This document shows, piece after piece, positions 6,955 through 15,859 of a stretch of DNA of 32,000 nt. The stretch is from an uncultured Candidatus Saccharibacteria bacterium (lineage in GTDB: Bacteria > Patescibacteriota > UBA1384 > XYA2-FULL-43-10 > 1-14-0-10-43-13). Below the pieces are notes generated by a model. That model did no database searches, was not told where the DNA came from, and was given only the letters and a program-made list of their open reading frames with translations. Where the stretch lies: the NCBI GenBank assembly GCA_964543385.1, contig CAZIYE010000001.1:300001-332000 (forward strand), written 5' to 3'. Both the position numbers and the translations under genes were made by a program. Position 1 is the stretch's first letter. Each line of letters starts with the position of its first letter.

Positions 6955-7905
6955 ATGCAATCTTTTATAAACAAACACCAGCTAGATCAGATACTCAGTT
7001 ATATTTCGAAGGAATATAAAACATTTGCTACTCAAAAAATTGATAGCAAGGTTGTTTTTGCCGAGTACAGAAAATCCCCCGTACTAATTCCAACGCCAAA
7101 AACAGTAATGTCATTTAAGAAATACCTATGGCCAGATGGCCAATCTCTAGACTCTCCATCATCCTCAAAATTAGCCTTCATAGGTATCACGAACTGCGAC
7201 GCTATTGCCCTGAACAAATTTTTAAGTGAATTTTCCCACACTAACCTATTGCCGAAAAGAGAAGATATCTTGGTTGTATCAACAGAGTGTCAAAAGGATG
7301 AATTTTGTTTTTGTGGTGCTTTTGGCCATGGCAAAATACAATTCTTCGATCTTCATATACAGGAAGAGAAAACCGGCTATTCTATCTTCTCAGGGTCAAG
7401 AATCGGAGAAAAAATTTTAAGAGAAAATGGGGTAAAAAACCATATTAAGAAGCCAAAGTTGAAAAACATCGACCTGGGCGCACAAACAATCTTTGATAAG
7501 AAAGAACTCTCTAAAGCAATTGATGATTTGCCCCACTTTGAGAATTTCTGGCAGAAAATTGCCAATAATTGCTTTGGTTGCGGATCCTGTAGTGCTGTCT
7601 GCCCTCTATGCTTCTGCACAAGACATGAACAAGATAATAAAGATGATGGTTCATGCAGCTCGTGCCTATCGTGGGATTCATGTTTCGCAAAAAATTTCTC
7701 TGAAGTTCAAAACCATCACGACCTACGGCCTGAGCGGATCAACCGTCTATACAATTGGTATCATCATAAATTTGCAAGAGCGTATTTAGATAAAAAAGAT
7801 TTTCTTTGCACTGGCTGTGGACGCTGTATAAAAGCATGCCCAGCTCACCTAAATCAATATAAAATACTTTCTTCGATAGAAAGTCAGGAAGAGAAAATTA
7901 AATGA
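6955..7905 (+). CDS. hydB: Group-3b-type (sulf)hydrogenase beta-like subunit, AsrA-like 4Fe-4S protein
   Basis: 316 aa with two ferredoxin-type motifs, CFGCGSCSAVCP and CTGCGRCIKACP. It is first in a four-gene overlapping operon with gamma, delta and alpha homologues. Confidence 0.8.
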   Translation: MQSFINKHQLDQILSYISKEYKTFATQKIDSKVVFAEYRKSPVLIPTPKTVMSFKKYLWPDGQSLDSPSSSKLAFIGITNCDAIALNKFLSEFSHTNLLPKREDILVVSTECQKDEFCFCGAFGHGKIQFFDLHIQEEKTGYSIFSGSRIGEKILRENGVKNHIKKPKLKNIDLGAQTIFDKKELSKAIDDLPHFENFWQKIANNCFGCGSCSAVCPLCFCTRHEQDNKDDGSCSSCLSWDSCFAKNFSEVQNHHDLRPERINRLYNWYHHKFARAYLDKKDFLCTGCGRCIKACPAHLNQYKILSSIESQEEKIK

Positions 7906-8696
7906 ATAACTTCGATTACAAGGAATATGAAATTCTAACAAAAGAAGAAGCTGCTCCCTCTATATTTACCTTCAAAATATCCGGAAAACTCCAATTTAAG
8001 CCGGGTCAATTTGTCCAAGCAGCAATTCCTCACATCGGCGAATCTACTTTCGCCCCCTGCTCTAATCCATCTCAAAAAGATTCTTTTGAGCTTTGCATTA
8101 GAGGGTGTGGCTCGACGACAAGCGCGATGGCAAAGCTCTTGCCAGGAGACAATCTTCGGGTCAGAGGGCCTTACGGCAATGGTTGGCCGACAGAAAAGTT
8201 GAAGGGCAAAGACATAATCATGGTAGCTGGCGGTATGGGCATAATCCCCCTCCGACCCCTTATTAAGGAAATAATTGCTCATCGTGGCAGCTATGGCAAG
8301 ATTCACCTGATCGGCGGTTTCCGAACTGTAGACCACATTCTATTTAAAGATGAAATAAAAAAATGGAAAAAATATATTTCTATCAATCTCTATATTGAGA
8401 ACATTGCAAACGACCCAGCATACAAAAAAGGCTTAATTACCGAGCCTCTACAACATGAAAAGTTTAATATTAACTCGTCGATTGTCTTGATTTGCGGACC
8501 GGAAATTATGGTACCATTTTGCATAAACACTTTGCTTGATCGAGGTTTTAAAGAAAACCAAATATATATCTCGTATGAACGACGTATGGAATGTGGGATT
8601 GGCGTTTGCCAACACTGTAATATCGGCCAGTATCTGACCTGCAAGGATGGACCCGTCTTTCGATATGATCAAATTAAAACAGAACTTTCCAAATGA
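7902..8696 (+). CDS. hydG: Hydrogenase gamma-like subunit: FAD/NAD(P)-binding oxidoreductase with a C-terminal 2Fe-2S motif (PyrK/AsrB-like)
   Basis: 264 aa with RGPYGNGW, MVAGGMGIIPLRP and the C-terminal CGIGVCQHCN...C motif. ATGA overlap with hydB. Confidence 0.85.
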   Translation: MNNFDYKEYEILTKEEAAPSIFTFKISGKLQFKPGQFVQAAIPHIGESTFAPCSNPSQKDSFELCIRGCGSTTSAMAKLLPGDNLRVRGPYGNGWPTEKLKGKDIIMVAGGMGIIPLRPLIKEIIAHRGSYGKIHLIGGFRTVDHILFKDEIKKWKKYISINLYIENIANDPAYKKGLITEPLQHEKFNINSSIVLICGPEIMVPFCINTLLDRGFKENQIYISYERRMECGIGVCQHCNIGQYLTCKDGPVFRYDQIKTELSK

Positions 8697-9400
8697 GAAA
8701 AGCACTAACATTTTATTCACTTGTCTGCTGCAATGGTTGTAAACAAGAAGCCTTAAATCATTTTGATGATTTTCAAAAAATTCTCAATTTTTATGAAGTT
8801 ACCGAGTTTAATAGCGAAGATGGCGAGATGATTAAGCCATCAGAAGTAGCAATCATCGAAGGAAATCCTGGGGACAAAGATCAAGAAAATTTGCTACGTA
8901 GAATCAGAAAACACTCCAAAATAGTTATTGCTATTGGCGCTTGTGCAAATACGGGAGGATTTCAATCAATCAGAAACAATTTGCCTAAGAAATTAATAAA
9001 TCACGAACCAGTAAAAATTATAGGAGACGTTATAAAGGTTGATTATCAAATACCTGGCTGTCCTATAAATTTCCATGAGCTTTATAGCTGTCTTATTGAC
9101 ATCTATTGGGGGAAAACATTTGTTTTACCACAGCTTCCAGTCTGTTTTGAATGTCGAAAAAATGAAAATGAATGTTTGATAAAGAACAAAAAGGCTTGTC
9201 TCGGGCCCATTACTAGAGCAGGATGCAATAGCGTATGTATAAACAGCGGCGGGTCTTGCCTTGGTTGCCGTGGCACCATCACACAACCCAATATCCCCAA
9301 AATAAGAGAAATCCTGGAGCCAATGATTGGTCAGGAGCAGCTTGAAAAAATTTTGATAATCTATGGCGACAATGGTAAACAAAACTTAAAAATAAAATAA
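8693..9400 (+). CDS. hydD: [NiFe]-hydrogenase small (delta) subunit homologue
   Basis: 235 aa with the N-terminal LVCCNGC, plus GACANTGG and PGCP (proximal-cluster-type motifs). Cys-rich distal region: CFECRKNENEC...CLGPITRAGC...CLGCRG. ATGA overlap with hydG. Confidence 0.85.
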   Translation: MRKALTFYSLVCCNGCKQEALNHFDDFQKILNFYEVTEFNSEDGEMIKPSEVAIIEGNPGDKDQENLLRRIRKHSKIVIAIGACANTGGFQSIRNNLPKKLINHEPVKIIGDVIKVDYQIPGCPINFHELYSCLIDIYWGKTFVLPQLPVCFECRKNENECLIKNKKACLGPITRAGCNSVCINSGGSCLGCRGTITQPNIPKIREILEPMIGQEQLEKILIIYGDNGKQNLKIK

Positions 9401-10584
9401 TGACAGAATCTACTCCAAAATTTATATCTAACGATTATCAAAGATTTTTTGAGAAAATTGTTTTCAACCAAAGATATTCGGAAGTACCAATAATTACCTC
9501 TCGTATTTGTGGAGCTAACTCAGTCGCAAACAACATTACATCGACAAGAGCTATCGAAATTGCATGCGGCATAAACCCAAGCTCTCAGACAGAAAAACTT
9601 CGAGACATGCTGCTGTATGCACAAATAATACAAAGCCATACCCTGTATCTCTATCTCGAAATTTTGCCCTATTTTACCGGCGTTAATTCGCTCTCAGAAT
9701 TGCAAAAAGATCATCAGGAAATATTTAAAAATGCGGTCTGTCTAAAAAATTTTGCCGATAATATAATCAAATCGATCGGCGGAAGATCAATTCACCCCAT
9801 ATCTAATGTACCTGGAGGATTTACAGCCTACCCAACCGTAAAAAGATTAAAAAGTGTTATTGACGAAAGCGCTAATGCAATCCATAGTGCCAAAAATACG
9901 CTGTCTATTTTCGCTAGCTTCGATTATCCAATATTAGAATTAAAAAATGTTATGGGGGCAATTCACCGACCAGGAGAATATATAGTTTCCGGAAATGGCA
10001 TATGGACAAGTGAAGATAAGCACTTTGTGGTCGAAAAGTACAAAGAGCATTTATTGGAAGAACTACAGCCTCATAGTACTGTTAAGTATGGCAGAATAGA
10101 TGGCAAAGAAATAATGGCAGGCCCACTCGCAAGACTAGCTTTGAATAAGTTAGATGATAAAGATGTGGCTGATTTTGTTAAAAGCCTGAATCTTAACCCA
10201 GATTATAATAATCCATTTAACAATATAATAGCTTCTGCAATTGAACTTTATTATTTTACAAAAAAAGCCATAAAGTCTACCAATAATCTGTTAGATAAAG
10301 GCATCTCCATCGAACCTCTAAAGCTGCCAAAAAAATTTAGTATCGGCACGGCTTGTTGCGAATCACCCGATGGAACATTGATTCATTCATATAAATTAAA
10401 CGACGAAGGCAACATTATAAACTGTGATATTGTGACTCCATCAGTATTTAATCTGCCATTATGTGAATCAAACTTAAAGTTATTGAATGATGTCATTAAA
10501 AATTATGATCCAGTTGAAAAAGATAAAATTACAAAGTTGTTATTTAGATCATACCGCCTCTGCAAAAACTGTGGATCGCATTAA
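9400..10584 (+). CDS. hydA: [NiFe]-hydrogenase large (alpha) subunit homologue with degenerate active-site motifs
   Basis: 394 aa with clear family blocks (QSHTLYLYLEILP, SIHPISNVPGGF, ESPDGTLIH, IVTPSVFNL, and a C-terminal CKNCGSH). However, the L1 motif reads RICGANSVAN and the invariant Arg is Asp. TAATG overlap with hydD. Confidence 0.8.
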   Translation: MTESTPKFISNDYQRFFEKIVFNQRYSEVPIITSRICGANSVANNITSTRAIEIACGINPSSQTEKLRDMLLYAQIIQSHTLYLYLEILPYFTGVNSLSELQKDHQEIFKNAVCLKNFADNIIKSIGGRSIHPISNVPGGFTAYPTVKRLKSVIDESANAIHSAKNTLSIFASFDYPILELKNVMGAIHRPGEYIVSGNGIWTSEDKHFVVEKYKEHLLEELQPHSTVKYGRIDGKEIMAGPLARLALNKLDDKDVADFVKSLNLNPDYNNPFNNIIASAIELYYFTKKAIKSTNNLLDKGISIEPLKLPKKFSIGTACCESPDGTLIHSYKLNDEGNIINCDIVTPSVFNLPLCESNLKLLNDVIKNYDPVEKDKITKLLFRSYRLCKNCGSH

Positions 10585-10589
10585 TAATT

Positions 10590-11144
10590 ATGATAAAAAT
10601 CTTTCAAACACCAACAGCATTAGACTTCAGGATTCTCGAAGCTATAAACGGCTTTCATAACCCATTTTTCGACCAGATAATGGTATTTGCAAGCAATATT
10701 GGCGAGTACGCAATAATTTGGCTTGTTATTGGCTTATGTTTTTCAATATTTGACAAAAAGCATGGCAGGCATATGTTTGCTATATTGATCATGGCTTTAA
10801 TCATCGAAGTTATCATCAATGACGGTCTGTTAAAAAACATATTTTATCGTGAACGCCCATTTTTATTATTTCCAGCTCTTCACCATTTGGGTCCAGATGC
10901 TATCAATAGTGCCTTCGTCTCTGGTCATACAGCTTCGAGCACTGCAATCTTCTTAGTTTTAATAAAGTTTTATAAAAAAGCGACCTCTCCCCTGTTGGCG
11001 CTTGTTATATTAATGATTTGGACAAGATTCTATCTGGGCATGCACTATCCAAGTGATATCATCGGTGGAATAGCAACCGGTATAGTATCGTCGTGGCTCG
11101 CTTTTCTAATTGGTAAAAAAGTACTAAGATACAATCATAATTGA
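10590..11144 (+). CDS. PAP2-family phosphatase (undecaprenyl-diphosphate / lipid phosphate phosphatase-like)
   Basis: 184 aa, polytopic. The three PAP2 motifs are present: YRERPF, SGHT and TRFYLGMHYPSD. Confidence 0.85.
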   Translation: MIKIFQTPTALDFRILEAINGFHNPFFDQIMVFASNIGEYAIIWLVIGLCFSIFDKKHGRHMFAILIMALIIEVIINDGLLKNIFYRERPFLLFPALHHLGPDAINSAFVSGHTASSTAIFLVLIKFYKKATSPLLALVILMIWTRFYLGMHYPSDIIGGIATGIVSSWLAFLIGKKVLRYNHN

Positions 11145-11186
11145 AATATATAAGAACTTATTATTCTTAATCAAAAGGATTATCTA

Positions 11187-11690
11187 ATGGTTTCAGAAGC
11201 GCCAAGACCACAATTAGCAGAACAAGAAACCGATCTAACATTGCCACAGTTGTCCCAAATCACCAAAGTAGACGATCCCACTCTTGTAATTGAACCATCT
11301 ATTAAAGAAGATATCGAAGATGTGATAAAAACCGGCGACAGTGACCAATTGCCTCCCGCAGAGACTGTTAGAGCAGCTAGAGAAAGCCGACCCTACCACC
11401 CAAGAATCAAGGAAACAAGGGATGAGAAAATGATGAGACTTACAAAAGAAATATCATACCTGCAAGACCAACTAATGGCTATAAAGACTGTTTCTATGAA
11501 AACCGGTATGTCAGAAATTTACGAGGAAGCTATACTCAAGTTAGAAGAGTCATTATCATTCAAGCAATTGGAGCAAGCAGTAAACCTGAAGAATCATGAC
11601 TATGCCAAAATTGAAGAACTAAAGTCAAAAATAGCAGTAGTAAAAAAAATGTTGACAGAACATAAGATGAAACAAAAGAGAGCGATTTAG
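11187..11690 (+). CDS. Hypothetical acidic/coiled-coil protein
   Basis: 167-aa ORF with AAAAGGA upstream. No family was recognised. It converges on gap with only a 10-nt gap. Confidence 0.5.
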   Translation: MVSEAPRPQLAEQETDLTLPQLSQITKVDDPTLVIEPSIKEDIEDVIKTGDSDQLPPAETVRAARESRPYHPRIKETRDEKMMRLTKEISYLQDQLMAIKTVSMKTGMSEIYEEAILKLEESLSFKQLEQAVNLKNHDYAKIEELKSKIAVVKKMLTEHKMKQKRAI

Positions 11691-11700
11691 GCTAATATAT

Positions 11701-12696
11701 CTAGGCGCTTTTTGAAATGTGATTTGCTAAGTCGACTAAACGTTCGCTATATCCCCACTCGTTATCATACCAAGCAATTACTTTTACCAAATCGCCATCG
11801 ACAACCTGAGTCAATGATAGATCAACTGTCGTCGAGTTTTTCATGCCTATCAAATCAGACGAAACAATTTCTTCATTAGTAGTTGCTAAGATTCCTTTCA
11901 TTTCTCCATCTTCAGCTTTTTCAAAAGCCTTGTTGATTTCCTCGATATCTGTCTTTTTCTTTAGAACCACAGTAATATCTGAGAGCGATACAACTGGCGT
12001 CGGTACCCTTACAGCCAAACCATCAAATTTTCCTTTTAGTGTTGGGATAGTTTTAAAAGCAGCTTTTGCAGCGCCAGTTGATGTGGGCACTATATTAACT
12101 CCTGCAGCCCTTGCTCTGCGCAAATCTTTGTGAGGACCATCAATAAGATTTTGATCAGCAGTATAAGAATGGATTGTTGTCATCAGCGATTTTTCAATTC
12201 CAAAATTGTCTTCCAGAACTTTCATAACTGGAGTAATGCAATTAGTAGTGCAAGAAGCGTTTGAAACAATAATTTCTCCTTTGTACTGATCAGCATTCAC
12301 TCCCATAACATACATCGCTGTTTCATCGTCTTTAGCCGGCGCGGACATCACAACTTTTTTTGCCCCAGCGTTGATATGCACCTGACAATCTACCTGAGTA
12401 AGGAAATGACCGGTGCACTCTAGTACTATATCAATCTCCAGCTCTTTCCAGGGAAGGTTTGAGGGATCTTTTTCTGCATAAGAATGAACTATTTTTTTAT
12501 CAATAATCAAATCTCCATCATCAAACCCAACTTCATGGTCCCAAATACGATAACAACTATCATATTTAAGCAAATGAGCTAGAGTTTTGACATCTGTTAG
12601 ATCATTTATAGCGACAAGTTCCATACCTTCGCGCTCTGTAATAATTTTTGCTGCTGCCCGACCAATTCTGCCAAAACCATTTATTGCAACTTTCAT
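11701..12696 (-). CDS. gap: Glyceraldehyde-3-phosphate dehydrogenase
   Basis: 331 aa with MKVAINGFGRIGR, the active-site SNASCTTNC and WYDNEWGYS. Confidence 0.95.
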   Translation of the reverse strand: MKVAINGFGRIGRAAAKIITEREGMELVAINDLTDVKTLAHLLKYDSCYRIWDHEVGFDDGDLIIDKKIVHSYAEKDPSNLPWKELEIDIVLECTGHFLTQVDCQVHINAGAKKVVMSAPAKDDETAMYVMGVNADQYKGEIIVSNASCTTNCITPVMKVLEDNFGIEKSLMTTIHSYTADQNLIDGPHKDLRRARAAGVNIVPTSTGAAKAAFKTIPTLKGKFDGLAVRVPTPVVSLSDITVVLKKKTDIEEINKAFEKAEDGEMKGILATTNEEIVSSDLIGMKNSTTVDLSLTQVVDGDLVKVIAWYDNEWGYSERLVDLANHISKSA

Positions 12697-12721
12697 AAAA
12701 ACTCCGTTATTTGTATAACTT

Positions 12722-13477
12722 TTATTTTTTCAAAATATCTTTTGATTCGCTAAATATTTTACAAATTTTAACAAATTCACCTGCTCGTACACTAGCGCCT
12801 CCGACAAGCACACCATCAATCTCAGGTCTTTCAGCATAACCTTTAGCATTTTTAGAATTTACACTACCGCCATACAAAATTGGAGTTTCAGTATGAACAA
12901 TCTCTCGCAATTTATTGGCAACTTTTGCGACGTATTCAGGACTTGCATTATCACCAACAGTTCCGTTGCTGATCGCCCATATAGGTTCATATGCAACGAC
13001 AATATCCTTATAATATTTTTTAGGGACATGGCTTAATGCTTCGTGAAGCTCTCGGATAGGTTGGACAAGAGTTCCACTTTTCTTGCGCTCACCAACACAA
13101 ATGATTGGCCTTAGTCCTGCCTTCAGACAAGCCAAGACTTTTTCATTAACATCAAAGTTAGTTTCTCCGAAATGTTCTCTTCTCTCGGAATGTCCGACTA
13201 TTGTATACTCTGCAACCTCTTTCATCATAATAGGAGAAATTTCACCAGTATAAGCACCATCAGGCTCATAAAAAACATTTTGGCCGCCCAGAGAGAGCTT
13301 CGTACTTTTACCTATAATTTGAGCTACCTCAGTTAGCCAAATAGATGGAGGGCAAGCAATAATCTTAACTTTATCTATCGAGGCAACGTTATTACGCACA
13401 GTAGTGGCCAGAACATTAGCATCTGCGATGCTAGAAATATACATTTTCCAATTGGCAACAATCAATGACTGATTCAT
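12722..13477 (-). CDS. tpiA: Triosephosphate isomerase
   Basis: 251 aa with VANWKM, GHSERR and AYEPIWAI. GGAGGGG lies upstream. Confidence 0.95.
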   Translation of the reverse strand: MNQSLIVANWKMYISSIADANVLATTVRNNVASIDKVKIIACPPSIWLTEVAQIIGKSTKLSLGGQNVFYEPDGAYTGEISPIMMKEVAEYTIVGHSERREHFGETNFDVNEKVLACLKAGLRPIICVGERKKSGTLVQPIRELHEALSHVPKKYYKDIVVAYEPIWAISNGTVGDNASPEYVAKVANKLREIVHTETPILYGGSVNSKNAKGYAERPEIDGVLVGGASVRAGEFVKICKIFSESKDILKK

Positions 13478-13499
13478 TAACCCCTCCGTTTTCTACCTA

Positions 13500-14522
13500 C
13501 TATTTTCTACACTTATTATACAAATCTATTACTGCTTTTGCTAGCTTGTCTGAATCGTGAAAAAGCGGATTCTTCTCACTTATGACATTGTCTCTAGCTA
13601 TTTTAACGCCCAGAGCCTCTTCGCTTAATGTAGTAATATTATTTATCTCTCCAAGTTTGGTCTCATCCTTGGAACTTCTCAAGATCTTGTTATTGACTAG
13701 ACAATAATCAAAGATTCGTTTTTTAGAATGGCTAATTAGCTTGAAGATATGGTCCTCGATAGTATAACCAGCAGTTTGCGTTCTTTCTGTCGAGCAATTA
13801 GCTATATAAACTCGGGTAGCCTTTTTATTACTATAAACTGCATCCCTAACTCCGGAGATAAGTAAATTTGGGATAATACTACCATAAAGGCTGCCAGGAC
13901 CGAGCAAAATCAAGTCGGCTTCCTCGATTGCCTTCACAGCCTTATCATATGCCCTGACCTTTTTTTTATTTAGAGTAATCTTGTCGATCTTTTTTACTAT
14001 TTCATCTAGATGAGATTCGCCTTCAGCTACAGATCCATCGGCATAATAGATGACTATGCCGGCGTTACCAAGCGTGGCAGGCAAAACTCGACCAGCCGTC
14101 TTAAAAATCTCTGTTGTCGCTTCTAATGCCTTTTCAAACGAATTAAAATACTTTGAAAGTGCCGTAATCCAAATATTGCCAAGAGTGTGGCCGCCGAATG
14201 ATTTCTTGGTTTTAGAGAAACGATACTCCAAAATATTGGAAATTAAATCCTCATCATAAGCCAATGCAGAAATGCATTTTCGGATATCGCCAGGAGGAAG
14301 AATATCAAACTCTTTTCGCAAGACGCCGGATGAAGAGCCATCATCAGTAACAGCAACTATCGCAGTTATCTTGTCTGAATATTTTTTTAAGCCCCGCAGC
14401 ATATTCGCCAAGCCAGTGCCACCACCAATTACAGCAATCTTAATTACACCACCAGCATTGAAACGAGGGTCGCTTGGTTCATAGCGAAGCCACTTCCACC
14501 AACTTTTGATTAAGTCTTTCAT
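13500..14522 (-). CDS. yvcK: YvcK/CofD-like protein (gluconeogenesis factor family, UPF0052)
   Basis: 340 aa with IAVIGGGTGL, VTDDGSSSG and LGPGSLYGSIIPNLL, which are typical of the family. Confidence 0.8.
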   Translation of the reverse strand: MKDLIKSWWKWLRYEPSDPRFNAGGVIKIAVIGGGTGLANMLRGLKKYSDKITAIVAVTDDGSSSGVLRKEFDILPPGDIRKCISALAYDEDLISNILEYRFSKTKKSFGGHTLGNIWITALSKYFNSFEKALEATTEIFKTAGRVLPATLGNAGIVIYYADGSVAEGESHLDEIVKKIDKITLNKKKVRAYDKAVKAIEEADLILLGPGSLYGSIIPNLLISGVRDAVYSNKKATRVYIANCSTERTQTAGYTIEDHIFKLISHSKKRIFDYCLVNNKILRSSKDETKLGEINNITTLSEEALGVKIARDNVISEKNPLFHDSDKLAKAVIDLYNKCRK

Positions 14523-14576
14523 TAATCTAATCTATCACTGATAAGGCCGGGAGTAAACGGCAATTTAGCAATATAT

Positions 14577-15818
14577 CTATTTAAAAAGTTCTTTACCATG
14601 AAGCGTTCTATAATATTTTATGGCAAATCGATGCGATTCGTCTCGAGCAGAAATCGCAATGTTCTCTAGTGACCTATTAGCCATGAAATATTTAGCAATA
14701 TCGGAATTAGAATAATGGAAATCATTTTTATCTCTCTTTACTCCTTTTGAAATAGAAATCGCCGGAATTTTTAGATGTAATTCCTTTAAAACCTCATTAG
14801 CAACTCTCAATTGCATCTCCCCACCGTCAATAATTATCAAATCAGGTTTGGGCCAATCATTTTTGAATCTTCTGGTTAATACTTCTCTCAACCTCTCCAA
14901 ATCGCTTGAAACCTCTTCCTTGATTCGAAACTTCCGATACTCAGCTTTATCAGGCGCTCCCTCGACAAAAACGACCATGGACCCAACCGCGAAACTACTC
15001 ATAATATTGGAAATATCAAAACATTCAATCCGTTTAAAAAGTAGCCTATTTATATCAAATGGTTCATCTTTCAAACCAATTGCTACATTTTTTAAATGGT
15101 TGAGGGCTAAAACTTTATTTCGCAGATTAGCCGCATTTTCGTATTCTTTTTTCTTACTGGCAACTCTCATATCTTTTTCCAGAGAGCCAACAATCGACTT
15201 CTTATTACCCCTCAGGAATTTTTTCAAATACAAGATGTTCTTATTATATTGCTCTGCTTCTAGCGGACTGCAACAAGGACCGCTGCATACATTTATATCT
15301 GCATACATGCATGGTCTAACTTTGCGCTTATATGTTTTGTATTTCGTAACAGAGCAATCTCGAAATGGAAAGATCTTCCTTAAATATCTCAATGACTTTC
15401 TTAATAAATCTCCCGAGGGGTATGGTCCAAAATATTGAGCTTTTTTATCTTTTAAATTAATATTCTTAAACCTTTCAAGCGTCAGGCAAGGAAATTCTTC
15501 TTTGGTTATTTTTATAACTAAAAATGATTTATCGTCCTTAAGTTTAATGTTGAACTTCGGTTTTAATTTATTAATTAATTCTGCCTCCAAGATAACTGCC
15601 TCGATCTCTGAGTCAGTTTCGATAAATCTAACATCGTGCGCAATCTTCACCATTTCCTCTATCCACGGACCTCTGTTCAACTCCTTCTGATAATATTGTT
15701 TGATCCTCTTGTTTAGATTCTTAGCTTTTCCGATATACAAAATAACATCATCAATACTGATGAAACGGTAGACTCCAGGAGAGCTCGGAATATTTTTAAT
15801 AATTTCTTTGAAATTCAT
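14577..15818 (-). CDS. uvrC: Excinuclease ABC subunit C, short form lacking the C-terminal (HhH)2 domain
   Basis: 413 aa. It has a GIY-YIG N-terminus (GVYRF...YIGKAKNLNKR), a UVR-domain-like segment (EYENAANLRNKVLALNHL), and an endonuclease domain (ECFDISN, IIDGGEMQL, RDESHRFAI). The ORF ends right after that. Confidence 0.85.
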   Translation of the reverse strand: MNFKEIIKNIPSSPGVYRFISIDDVILYIGKAKNLNKRIKQYYQKELNRGPWIEEMVKIAHDVRFIETDSEIEAVILEAELINKLKPKFNIKLKDDKSFLVIKITKEEFPCLTLERFKNINLKDKKAQYFGPYPSGDLLRKSLRYLRKIFPFRDCSVTKYKTYKRKVRPCMYADINVCSGPCCSPLEAEQYNKNILYLKKFLRGNKKSIVGSLEKDMRVASKKKEYENAANLRNKVLALNHLKNVAIGLKDEPFDINRLLFKRIECFDISNIMSSFAVGSMVVFVEGAPDKAEYRKFRIKEEVSSDLERLREVLTRRFKNDWPKPDLIIIDGGEMQLRVANEVLKELHLKIPAISISKGVKRDKNDFHYSNSDIAKYFMANRSLENIAISARDESHRFAIKYYRTLHGKELFK

Positions 15819-15824
15819 GGTTTT

Positions 15825-15833
15825 ATTATATCA
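15825..15833 (-). promoter_or_regulatory. Extended -10 element TGATATAAT placed 6 nt from the uvrC ATG (leaderless geometry)
   Basis: Read directly from the sequence. There is no SD between it and the ATG at 15818-15816. Confidence 0.35.
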
Positions 15834-15836
15834 TGG

Positions 15837-15859
15837 GGCGGGGGCGTCATGCCCCCGCC
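15837..15859 (-). terminator. 9-bp all-GC hairpin overlapping the stop codon of the 306-aa ORF
   Basis: GGCGGGGGC (15837-15845) pairs with GCCCCCGCC (15851-15859), with a 5-nt loop containing part of the TGA stop. No U-tract follows, so terminator function is uncertain. Confidence 0.4.

Noticed and set aside
7902-7905. Possibility of an alternative genetic code (UGA recoding, as in some CPR lineages), prompted by seeing only RF1
   Set aside because: TGA clearly functions as a stop at hydB (ATGA overlap with a conserved hydG N-terminus), hydG, fba and the 182-aa ORF. RF2 may simply lie outside the window.
9290-9400. Idea that the last ~35 codons of the small-subunit ORF (EPMIGQEQLEKILIIYGDNGKQNLKIK) encode the missing N-terminal strand of the large subunit (a split gene)
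   Set aside because: The resemblance to the xPxxRxEGH...DG pattern is weak (RxEGH is not preserved). Group-3b delta subunits, as far as I recall, carry a C-terminal tail of similar length and character. This cannot be decided without a real alignment.
14848-15438. 196-aa plus-strand ORF antisense to uvrC
   Set aside because: It lies entirely inside a well-supported uvrC CDS. Its Leu/Ser/Phe-rich low-complexity translation is typical of the antisense frame of a Lys/Glu-rich AT-rich gene. It has no SD and no recognisable motif.
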